Source: Azolla caroliniana
Lineage: Eukaryota; Plantae; Polypodiophyta
DNA length: 64,000 bases
Assembly (NCBI GenBank): GCA_043228905.1
Contig: JBHGNT010000018.1
Location: forward strand, 2,480,001 to 2,544,000
Reading direction: 5' to 3'
The position numbers and the translations under genes were made by a program. Below are positions 38,005 through 49,023 of the stretch, in pieces (positions within the stretch are counted from its first letter, which is position 1; the number at the start of each line of letters is the position of its first letter). Under the pieces are notes generated by a model. It did not search any database. It was not told the DNA's origin and saw nothing but the letters and a program-made list of their open reading frames with translations.

Positions 38005-39812
38005 TACGTGACAAAGGTGCTTCAACGGTTCAACATGTCAGATGCGAAACCGGTCGGATCGACATTTCCGGCAAACTGGAGGTTATCCGGTAAGCAAAGC
38101 CCGAAGACAAAAGCAGAGAAGGTGGATATGATGAAGGTTCCATATGCCTCTGCCATCGGGAGTTTAATGTATGCAATGGTGTGTACCCGACCGGATATAG
38201 GATACGCAGTCAGAGTGGTGAGCCGGTTTATACGTGACAAAGGTGCTTCAGCGGTTCAACATGTCATATGCGAAACCGGTCGTATCGACATTTCCGGCAA
38301 ACCGGAGGTTATCTGGTAAGCAAAGCCCGAAGACGAAAGCAGAGAAGGTGGATATGATGAAGGTTCCATATGCCTCTGCCGTCGGGAGTTTAATGTATGC
38401 AATGGTGTGTACCCGACCAGATATAGGATACGCAGTCAGAGTGGTGAGCCGGTTTATACGTGACAAAGGTGCTTCAGCGGTTCAACATGTCAGATGCGAA
38501 ACCGGTCGTATCGACATTTCCGGCAAACTGGAGGTTATCCGGTAAGCAAAGCCCGAAGACGAAAGCAGAGAAGGTGGATATGATGAAGGTTCCATATGCC
38601 TCTGCCGTCGGGAGTTTAATGTATGTAATGGTGTGTACCCGACCGGATATAGGATACGCAGTCGGAGTGGTGAGCCGGTTTATACGTGACAAAGGTGCTT
38701 CAGCGGTTCAACATGTCAGATGCGAAACCGGTCGTATCGACATTTCCGGCAAACTGGAGGTTATCCGGTAAGCAAAGCCCGAAGACGAAAGCAGAGAAGG
38801 TGGATATGATGAAGGTTCCATATGCCTCTGCCGTCGGGAGTTTAATGTATGCAATGGTGTGTACCCGACCGGATATAGGATACGCAGTCAGAGTGGTGAG
38901 CCGGTTTATACGTGACAAAGGTGCTTCAGCGGTTCAACATGTCAGATGCGAAACCGGTCGTATCGACATTTCCGGCAAACTGGAGGTTATCCGGTAAGCA
39001 AAGCCCGAAGACGAAAGCAGAGAAGGTGGATATGATGAAGGTTCCATATGCCTCTGCCGTCGGGAGTTTAATGTATGCAATGGTGTGTACCCGACCGGAT
39101 ATAGGATACGCAGTCGGAGTGGTGAGCCGGTTTATACGTGACAAAGGTGCTTCAACGGTTCAACATGTCAGATGTGAAACCGGTCGTATCGACATTTCCG
39201 GCAAACTGGAGGTTATCTGGTAAGCAAAGCCCGAAGACAAAAGTAGAGAAGGTGGATATGATGAAGGTTCCATATGCCTCTACCGTCGGGAGTTTAATGT
39301 ATGCAATGGTGTGTACCCGACCGGATATAGGATACGCAGTTGGAGTGGTGAGCCGGTTTATACGTGACAAAGGTGCTTCAGCGGTTCAACATGACAGATG
39401 CGAAACCGGTCGTATCGACATTTCCGGCAAACTGGAGGTTATCCGGTAAGCAAAGCCCGAAGACGAAAGCAGAGAAGGTGGATATGATGAAGGTTCCATA
39501 TGCCTCTACCGTCGGGAGTTTAATGTATGCAATAGTGTGTACCCGACCGGATATAGGATACGCAGTCGGAGTGGTGAGCCGGTTTATACGTGACAAAGGT
39601 GCTTCAGCGGTTCAACATGTCAGATGCGAAACCGGTCGGATCGACATTTCCGGCAAACTGGAGGTTATCCGGTAAGCAAAGCCTAAAGACGAAAGCAAAG
39701 AAGGTGGATATGATGAAGGTTCCATATGCCTCTGCCGTCGGGAGTTTAATGTATGCAATGGTGTGTACCCGGCCGGATATAGGATACGCAGTCAGAGTGG
39801 TGAGCCGGTTTA
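38005..39812 (+). repeat. Tandem array, 8 copies of a 226-bp piece of copia RT
   Basis: Unit starts (tacgtgacaaagg) at 38005, 38231, 38457, 38683, 38909, 39135, 39361 and 39587. Copies differ by a few substitutions. Confidence 0.98.
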
Positions 39813-40403
39813 TGAGCAATCCCGGCAAGGAGCACTAGAACGCAGTCAAATGGATACTCCGGTACTTGAAAGGCACTTCAAATATGTGTCTTCGATTCGG
39901 CTCCGGAAAACCTCAACTTGACGGTTTTACCGATTCAGACATGTCGGTTGATGTGGATACTAGCCGGTCTACATCCGGGTATGTAATGACATATGCAGGG
40001 GGAGGTGTTTCGCGGCAGTCGAGGCTGCAGAAGACAGTTGCGCTGTCAACCACGAAGGCGGAGTACATGGCGGTTGTGGAAGCCGGCAAGGAAATATTAT
40101 GGATGAAGGACTTCATCGGAGAGCTCGGTATCCGGCAAGATGAATATCGGCTCTATTGTGACAGTCAAAGTGCCATCCACCTTGCTAATTATGTGGTCTA
40201 CCATTCCTGGACAAAGCATATCCAGCGAAGGTATCATTGGATCCGGGAAAGAGTAGATGACCAGAAGTTCGCGTTGACGAAGATCCACACGGCTGAGAAC
40301 GGGTCAGATATGCTGACCAAAGTACTGATACCCGACAAGCTGGATGCATGCCGGAAGCGGATCGGACTAGTAAGACATCCCATGCCGGAGTGAAGGGGGA
40401 GTT

Positions 40404-41043
40404 TGTTCGGAAACAGGTCCCTCCGGATGGGAAGTGAGAAGAACAGTACTGATGAGTAAACTCGGTCGAGGCTGAAACCGAATGTGGACTACCCGGCTAG
40501 GGAAAACCCGGTGAGAACCAGATGACGAGTACCCGGCAAGAGCCGGATGGTGAAGGCCCGGTGAGAAGTGCTCACCGGATGAAGAGACATATTCGTAAAT
40601 ATGTTTTCTGAGAGTCCATCGGGGCTATATTTGTAAATAGCCGAAAAGTCATATTAGTATAAATATGACTTAGGGAAAACTTAGTCGTTGGTTGAGAGTT
40701 GTTGTCATTCTTGTTGGCGCAAGATTAGAGCGCGCAACTGTGTACAGAGAGAGTGAGAGAGAGGAAGAGGTCGTTGCCTCTGTTGTAACCGCCGCCTGTG
40801 GCGAAGATAGAAAGCTCGAGGTCGTTGCTTCGGTGCTTTACCATTTGTACATTCTGACATAGTGATAGTTTGCAGTCTGTGGGCTGCAGTGGTTTTTTCC
40901 CTAGTTTGGGTTTTTCCACGTTAACATCCTGTGTTCTCTTCTCTCCATTGTGTCGTGCATTCATTCCCGTTTTTTTTTCTGTGTTTTGATTCTAAGCTCG
41001 GTTGTGGCCGAGCGTTGTTCATCAAGAGCGTGTGTTCCTGTCA
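40404..41043 (+). repeat. Copia 3' LTR (640 bp)
   Basis: TG...CA, preceded by the PPT and followed by the CTAAA TSD. Confidence 0.95.
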
Positions 41044-44000
41044 CTAAACATTACATTATTGACTATCACCTTCGCTTGCATGTGGTAATGGAAGGGGATT
41101 AACGTAAGTCACAACCAACATGCGTTTGTAGAGTTCAAGAAGGCTTTAGAGACACTCAGAAGGGCCGAATTATAAGGAAGAATGGAAAAAACTTGGAATA
41201 CTAACATGCATGAAAGTGTGTTAAAGAAAAACAAAGGCTTTTGTAGAGCGTTCATTAGCACCATGTGAGTGAAATGAGGATAACCTCCATCGCCTACTCT
41301 ATTTATTGACAAAACATAAAGAGTTCAACCAAGAATATGTGGAAAACCCATCCATTGGGCATTTCACAATATTGCTTTTAATTTTTGCAATGAATATTGT
41401 AATTTTGGCATATTCAAAATTGAGATAACAAAAGCTTTTTACATATGGTTCATACTTTTTGTGAACGTTAGTGGCTTGACTATCAGCATGGCTAAAAATA
41501 TAGTCATGGTCATGAGCATTCACAAAATTAAAACTAAGTCAAGAAGGTATGGTGTACTATTGAGGAGATGCATGGCCTTTTGTGTATGTTAATGTACCGG
41601 TCTCGTAGTCTGTCATTGCTCTCTAGCATATAATCCAACAAGACAATGATGGAAGCAACATTGTGGTGGCATTGCTTTATCTTTTTTCGAATGCATGACA
41701 GTATTAGGACAAGCAACAATAATTACTTGAGGTTATATAATTGAAGGATTTAGAAGAATAATTAATAAGCACAAGATTAGTCAGGAATTGACTCACTCTC
41801 CACCTCCTCATCCATTCATCATGGTTGTTCCTATCACTGTTTATAAGTTGGAGGGAGAGGAGGGGTTAAAGAAGTAGATAATGGCAACAACTAGGTGATA
41901 ATTGAGACAATTGTGTCAAATATTTTGAGATTGTGACGTCATTAATTTGATGCTTTCATTTGGCATGCAATATGTCAACTCTCTTGTCTTTGTATGAGGT
42001 TTCCCAACCTTTGAATTGTGATTAAGCAAAAATAATGGAGGAACAAGGCAATGGTGAACCTTTATTACCTGACAATATCCAATATTTACGATATCAAGTG
42101 ACATGCTTAGTGAGCAAAGGGCAAGAATGACGGGTACAAGCAATGGCAATTTCTGGCTTACATCGAACAATTGATTGTGGCATCAATGAAGCAATAGTTG
42201 AGATGCTTGAGTCAATGTTTTTGAGATTGTGAGACCATTAGTTTGGCACCCTTGTTGTGGCATGTAGTGAATGGGAAGCTACATATGATGCAACAAAGGT
42301 TTTAGCTTACCCACCAACGTAAGTCCATTACCATAAAAAGTAAAAAAAGATAAGGAAAGGGGAAAGAAAGGAAAAGACTAATTTTATCATTTCCCTTACA
42401 TAACTATGGGTATCTTCATCAAATTTCCTTATATACCCTTAGGTTTATTTATGAAGTATTTGGAATGCTCATTATGTTATGAAATCAATTTGATTAATAT
42501 ATTTGTATTTTGATGTATATATTTGGAAGCAATCAAACGCATCATAGCTTTGCCCAATGCATTTCTTATAGATCACTCCACACATGAGTTATGTCTTTTT
42601 TTACAAGGGAAGGCGAACCATGTGCAAATCATTTTGCCCAATGCATTTCTTATAGATCACTCCAAGCGAGCTTCCTTAAGGGGAGCATGTAGGGCAAGAG
42701 ATCAAACGTCTCTAATAAGAAACAATTCAATCTAGGTAGAGCTAAGAATACAAACTATGTAGGGTTGTTACACTCGAATTTTGGAAATACCACACGCGTG
42801 TCTCTAATAAGAATCTATTTGATCTAGGTAGACCTAAGAGTAGAGCATCTAATAAGAATCTATTTGACCTAGGTAGAGCTAAGGGTAGATGTTTTGCCAT
42901 AAGAAACGATGAACATATGGTGAGCCATTATTGATTGTACGTGTGAGGAATCCATAGGAATTAGATGTTTCAGGATTCAAGTAAAAATACCTTAATTGGT
43001 ACACAATACAAAAACCTCCTATCTTTATATTATGATTAAAAGAGACACTAATTTGGCTCCGATATTGATTTCCCTCATCATCATCTTGATTCCACCTCAT
43101 TACATAACATTTTGTTAATGGGGTCAACAATTTCTATATTCAAGACTCTCACACCCGAGATGTCATGGCCATCTAATGTTATGTCTCGACTTTACCTTGA
43201 AGGGTTGAACCCCAAGTTTTGCTTTTCACAATGCAATGATCATTAAGGAAATAAGAGGAATAAACTAACAATAGCAAAAGCAATAAGAGAAGGGTGCTCA
43301 AATATACACTTTTATGTATTAGAAATTCAAAAAGTACCTTTGCGTTCCACTCCTACAAATAGATTCCTCAAAGAATCAAAATCAAAATCGGTAAAAAAAT
43401 TCTTCTAACTAGAAAGTAGGCATTGTTCTAACTTCTAACTTGAGATAGAGTTAGAAGCTTCATTCGTTACTACAAGGTCATTGACGTACACTTTTCATGT
43501 TGTTAAGATCATAAATCAACACACAAAAGGATTCGACACCGGAGTAAATCCATTTTTGTTAGTAGAAGGCTGAAGTTCATTGATGTGTGCTTAATCTTAA
43601 ATTTCATTTGATTAAGAACATGCTTTAATAGTAGCAACCACATGTTCTTGATAAGTGACCACATACATGTGTTTTCCTTAATAATAATAATAACAAGATA
43701 GTAGCAAACAATAATAATGGGTAGAATTATAACCAGTACTGACATTAATTATAGCAACAACGATAGCAATAATAAGAATTGTAAAATAGTGATAGCAATA
43801 ATAATGGTAAAGTGAAAACCTTAGCGTAGCCAACAATGGGTTTATTATTTCTCCAGATGCCCCTATGCATTTTCGTTATTCCCCACGAAAAAATGCCCTT
43901 CAATTTATGAATAGAGAGACTACTTTTGAGAAGAAATGTGCGAGTCGGGACTACTATCATATAGAACTGCAAGTCAAAATAGCAAAACATGAGAGAGGGT

Positions 44001-44560
44001 GGTGGGCAGACAAGCGGCGCGGTGGGCTCTAAACATAGAGAGAGTCCATCGAGAACTAGTTAGAATATCATAGAGACCTTTATGGCCCTCGCTAGTGAAA
44101 GGGACTATTATGAGCCTCCAAAATCTCTTTTCTGCTATGTTGGATACCCAGATTGATTGGTTCTATACATATGACTCGTTGAGCTGAATTGAACTGAGCT
44201 CAAACCGGATAAGAAAACTTTCTCAACCGAGCCGAACCACCAACCCGGTTCGATAATTATGATTAAACAAACGGCTTGATTTAGGTTTGAGCTATAAGCC
44301 GTTTCCTGCTTAGTCTGGTTTGTGGGGAAGGAGGGGTATGTGTGCCGGAAATATGCAAAACTGAAGAGGCTGAGTGTAGCAAGCAAGCAAAGTAGGAGTG
44401 GATTGATTGATTGATTGACTTTGGAGTTACTCTATCTCGCCCCTTTGCCTAAATATGGTCATCACCAAAAGCAAAAAGCAAAAAAGCAAAAAAGCAAAAA
44501 GCGAAAAGCAAAAACCAAAAAAAAACTCAGTCTGTTTTATGCTTCATCTGCACGCTCTCA

Positions 44561-45190
44561 AGAGAGAGAGAGAGAGAGAGAGATCACCATATCCACTCCC
44601 GCACGCTGATTTTGCATATTTATTATCTACCCTTCTCTCTCTCTCTCTCTCTCTCTGCCAATGGCTTCGTAACCCTAACCCTAACCCTAACCCTAACCCT
44701 AACCCTATTCCTAAGCACTGGCATACCTGCAGTGTCCCAATCGCCTCATTGGATCGAAACACCCCTCACTCCTCACCCTTACTTACCAGATTGCCATAAC
44801 TCCTGTCTCTACCCACCCAATTGGCTCATCGTTGCAAAACCCTAAAGCCCATTTCTCTAATGCTAAACCGCACACAAATCCCATATCTCGATTTTTAGTC
44901 CGCCACCATCTCATCTTTCTAATTTAATCTGCTACCGCCACAATCCCCAAATCCTAACCATTTTGACTCTAGACATTACCATTCACTCTCTCGAATCGGC
45001 AGTTACAGGCGGAAATCCTAACCTAATTACCCTAAACCCTAGTAATCCTTAAATTTATTAACTCTAATTAAGCTAATTCCAATAACTCTAATTACCCTAA
45101 ATCAAATAGCCCCAAGCCTAATTACTCGTAACCCTAACTAACGAAGCTAGGCCCTGATATCTCTAAACCCTAATCTAACCTATCCTGGTT
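44561..45190 (+). promoter_or_regulatory. NAC upstream region with GA/CT repeats, (AACCCT)6 and scattered telo-box-like motifs
   Basis: (GA)n 44561-44583, (CT)n about 44634-44656, (AACCCT)6 44671-44706, and AAACCCTA-type motifs near 44837, 45034 and 45165. The function is inferred. Confidence 0.5.
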
Positions 45191-45192
45191 CA

Positions 45193-46410
45193 ATGGCAGG
45201 CAGGCACAACATAATGGATCTTCCGCCGGGCTTCCGCTTCCACCCAACGGACGAGGAGCTAGTAGCGTTCTATCTCCACAGGAAAGCCACAGGTCTGGAC
45301 ATCCCGGCCGACATAATTGCAGAAATCGATCTGTACAAGCACGATCCATGGGAGCTTCCGCGTTTCTCGTCTTGCATCAAGAACGCTTCTGTTGCTACAA
45401 ACCCTAACCCTAACCATAACCCTGACCATGACCATAACCATGACCATGACCATGACCATGACCATAACCCTAACCCTAACCATGACCATGACCCTAACCC
45501 TAACCATGACAATAACCATAACTCTGACCATGACCATAACCATAACCATAACCATAACCATAACCATGACCATGACCATGACCATGACCATGACCTTCAT
45601 CATCATCATAACAACAACAGCAGTAACAACAATGGGCAACAACAATGCTTCTTCTTCAATTTCTCAGACAAGAAGTATCCGAGAGGATCAAGGACGAACA
45701 GGGCCACAGTGTCAGGGTATTGGAAGGCGACAGGGAGGGACAGGAGGGTGTTGGCACGAGAGGACATGGTGGGGATGAAGAAGACATTGGTCTTTTACAA
45801 GGGCAGGGCCCCAAGTGGAGAAAGGACGGATTGGGTCATGCATGAATACCACCTCTTGGTACGAGACTCTCGCGGTTTTGCCCCTCCCGACCAATCGTCT
45901 CGCGACACGTCATCATCGTCGTGCCCCGCACCCCCTCTCGGAGTTGGCCTCGAGAACCCCGGACAACATTACCCTGGGTCCTCGACCACTGGACACCACC
46001 ACCCTGGGTCCCCTAGGAAGTGTCACGTGGACACCCGACACATGGAACAACATGTCAATAGTACCGAATTACATGTCAACTCTTGCTCCTACCCACACTC
46101 TGGTCAGGAACCCTCGTCCTCGCGCCCTGCCTCTCCTGCCAAGGTTGCAACCCCCCACTCAAATTCGTCCCCTAGGTCGTCCTTCTGCATCAGACACCCC
46201 ATGGTCATCTGCCGCATCATTCACAAGAAGAAGAAGAACAAGAGGAAGAATAATATAATATGTCCTCGAGCTAACAGTATCCCCCCCACCATTACGCGCG
46301 CGACCCTTCCTCAACTCGTCTCCCCTAGCTCCCCTGATCAACCTCACCTCTCCCCCCTTAGAGATGACAATGACAACAATGATGGAAGTGACATTGATCA
46401 TGATGAGTAA
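45193..46410 (+). CDS. NAC-domain transcription factor, single exon, 405 aa, with expanded linkers
   Basis: Subdomain A LPPGFRFHPTDEELV, B IAEIDLYKHDPWELP, C KKYPRGSRTNRATVSGYWKATG, D VGMKKTLVFYKGRAPSGERTDWVMHEY and E VICRI, all in one open frame. Confidence 0.88.
   Translation: MAGRHNIMDLPPGFRFHPTDEELVAFYLHRKATGLDIPADIIAEIDLYKHDPWELPRFSSCIKNASVATNPNPNHNPDHDHNHDHDHDHDHNPNPNHDHDPNPNHDNNHNSDHDHNHNHNHNHNHDHDHDHDHDLHHHHNNNSSNNNGQQQCFFFNFSDKKYPRGSRTNRATVSGYWKATGRDRRVLAREDMVGMKKTLVFYKGRAPSGERTDWVMHEYHLLVRDSRGFAPPDQSSRDTSSSSCPAPPLGVGLENPGQHYPGSSTTGHHHPGSPRKCHVDTRHMEQHVNSTELHVNSCSYPHSGQEPSSSRPASPAKVATPHSNSSPRSSFCIRHPMVICRIIHKKKKNKRKNNIICPRANSIPPTITRATLPQLVSPSSPDQPHLSPLRDDNDNNDGSDIDHDE
45400..45633 (+). 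repeat. Coding hexamer repeat (AACCCT/GACCAT/AACCAT) encoding NP/DH/NH dipeptides
   Basis: Directly visible; lies in frame between NAC subdomains B and C. Confidence 0.95.
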
Positions 46411-49023
46411 TAGATGGAGATGCTAACAATGGCAAAAGAAAAAAAACTTAGATGTAAATAATAAAGCTTAGTTACCTGGATATGGCGAGAATGATCCCGA
46501 TGACAAAGAAAGTGATATAAGTCTTGACAATGTGTTTGGCTTGAAAAATATACTTGGCAATCCTCTTTTTTGAGCTAATTTTCAACCTAGAAACTTACCC
46601 CTTGCATGCGCCCCTCCTCTCATCAACCTCCATCTCTCCTAGGATTCCCATCACTGTGACGATGAGACCAAGTTGCAGTGAGTAGTGTTACACACAATCT
46701 CCTATCATTTGTCATGCGTTCCACATATCCATCATTTAGTGTTTGATAAAGCATGTATGTTATTTCCTCCTCAAACTATATGTTGTTTTGATACTTGATT
46801 TCAAGTTCTTTTCTCTTATCATGGCAAAAACTCAATTTGGGGAGCTATGAGTTTCTTCAAACGTGAGCTATGTATGATCTACTATCATGTATGTCCAAAC
46901 ATTAGAAATTCGAAACCCACTCCTCATTTGAGGAAAATACATATATAAAAACAAACTTAAACAAAGTTCTCTTTCGAAACTCTGAAATTGGTTGTATTAT
47001 TGAGGTTTTCGTTTTGAAATTTAAAATTGTTTGTCTTATTTGGATTTTCCTCCTAAAATTTGAAATTGATTGTCTTTGATATCAAGATTCGTTAGGAAAC
47101 CCTACTAATTGGTAAGGGCGATGACATTGCAATAGCCAACGTAATCCCAAATCTATATGGTAGTTCAACTAGAATGGCCAAATCAAGGAAAAATAGGAAG
47201 TGTAAGTAATATGACCAATGGTTATATGGTATTTTCCCAAGTCGAGAGAGAAAAGTGATAATTTTAAACAATGACCAATAGTTATCTAGTATTTTTATGA
47301 AGACATGAGAGAATTGTGAAAATTCAAACAAAAGCAGGTATTATGTTTAAGTAACATGTACCTGTGAAAGAATTGCATTCGATTTGCATAGTACTTCAAC
47401 AAAATTCTACAATTCAAGAATAAGCAATGGTAAAAACATGATGTGGTGTTACATGTAGCTTCAAGTGTCAAGCTTCAATAGGTTTTGTATTATATTTTGA
47501 TTATAAAAATTCTTCAAGATTATAGCTCGAGAAATTATGCATGCTAAGATTTTGCTCCAACAAAAATGGCTTTACATCATTTTAAATGAAATGCTACACA
47601 CCAAAAAAAACCATATTTGGATTGTTTTTCAAGGATATCAATAATGTTGGTATACACATTCGTAAACCACCCATGGAAAAACATAGCATAACTTTTAGCA
47701 AGGGATGTATCTAACCACCAACATCCTTCCCAAGTGCATGTAATAGCTCACTAGTTTAGCTATCACATTAGACTGTTCCTTCACTTGCAAGGGTTGCACA
47801 AAAGTCATATTTTGCTCCAATTGAGCCAACCTCAAGTATAACTTTATTTTAAGCATATCAACACTGATTGACATTTCCACTATGTTTTGTACAAATGAAA
47901 TCAAGAATTTAGTTGAAAGGGTCTCTAGCTTCCAAGGATTGAAACCTATGGACCTTGAAAGTAATGTGTTTGATTATTAGCGTTCACTTGTCTTCACATA
48001 TTTACTATGACCATACTATAAAGGGCCTATATGATAAAACATCATTCAATCACATAAAAAAACAAAAACCTATACACATAACATACTTTAGAGCAAATAG
48101 GTGTTCATGCAAACCATCATATGTAAATCATTCATCATTAAACAAGAGAGACTAAGTTATCAATGAAGACTTAAGGAGCAAATCAATGCTCCTATAAAAA
48201 GGAGACAGATTGATCAGTATTATTATCATATTAAGACATGTTAACTATAACCTATGGGATCAAAAGTGAAACATTTTCATATAGCATGTGTCAAATGGAG
48301 TAGTAACTCTGAAAAAGAGAAAGAGACAGAGACCGAGAGAGATGGCAAGAGAGACAGAGAGATGTCCACAAAACAAAAGTATGAATTGTGCATGCAATGA
48401 AACATTTCCACAGTATTTGTGGAGTTGAGTAATGATTGTAGAGAAATGAAGATAATAGAGAGATGGTGAACCAGAGGCATATAAAGAAAGTTAATGGGAA
48501 GATTAATTATTACATGCACACAATCACATGCCATGCTAGAGGTATGATGAATCAATACGTGCAAGCAATGATACACCTTCATATAGCATGTGGTGTTGAG
48601 TAATGACTAGATTTTAGAGAGAAAAAGAGGAGATGCATACAAAAGCAGACCAGAGGTTTAATGAATTCATGTGGCATCAATGTAAAAAGTGTCATTGCCA
48701 AATAATCCACAAATTTTATGTCAGAGGCTTTCTTTTATTTTCTTTTGGAGGCGGAGCTTAACCACATAACTGGCATCAACTATGATTATTCGCCTTCCAT
48801 ACTCATCTCTTTAAAGGTTTCTCAATTCTCAAGTGAAGCAAAATAAATCTTTTCCATTGCTCCACTTCCTCAGTCTTTAACCCTACAGCCTGCATTCACT
48901 TTTGGCCTCAAGATCTCGAATTGGAGAACACAAAGAAAAAACAAAATCTGCCCCAATTTGCCCATCAAAATATGCAAAAACGAAAAGTTACTGCAGCGAT
49001 ATATAAATTTCTCACACGCTCTC

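Larger units (their letters stand above)
35040..41043 (+). mobile_element. Full-length Ty1/copia LTR retrotransposon (Tnt1/Tork-like), internally deleted and defective
   Basis: TG...CA LTRs at 35040-35719 and 40404-41043, with a perfect CTAAA TSD (35035-35039 / 41044-41048). tRNA-iMet PBS TGGTATCAGAGC at 35723-35734; PPT GAAGGGGGAG before 40404. Contains gag (NYSVWKSKM, LLLLGSLPDSWE), integrase (TPELNGLAERMN), RT (QLDVKTTFLHG, LLYMDNM) and RNaseH (SDMLTK). Confidence 0.97.

Noticed and set aside
38022-39838. Family of repeated 103-aa (+) and 72-aa (-) small genes
   Set aside because: These are by-products of the 226-bp RT tandem array.
44671-44706. True telomere or chromosome-fusion scar
   Set aside because: Only six hexamers in one orientation, embedded in a promoter.
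45259-45778. Overlapping VM-, TM/TI- and WS-repeat ORFs
   Set aside because: Alternative frames of the NAC hexamer repeat, with no independent evidence.
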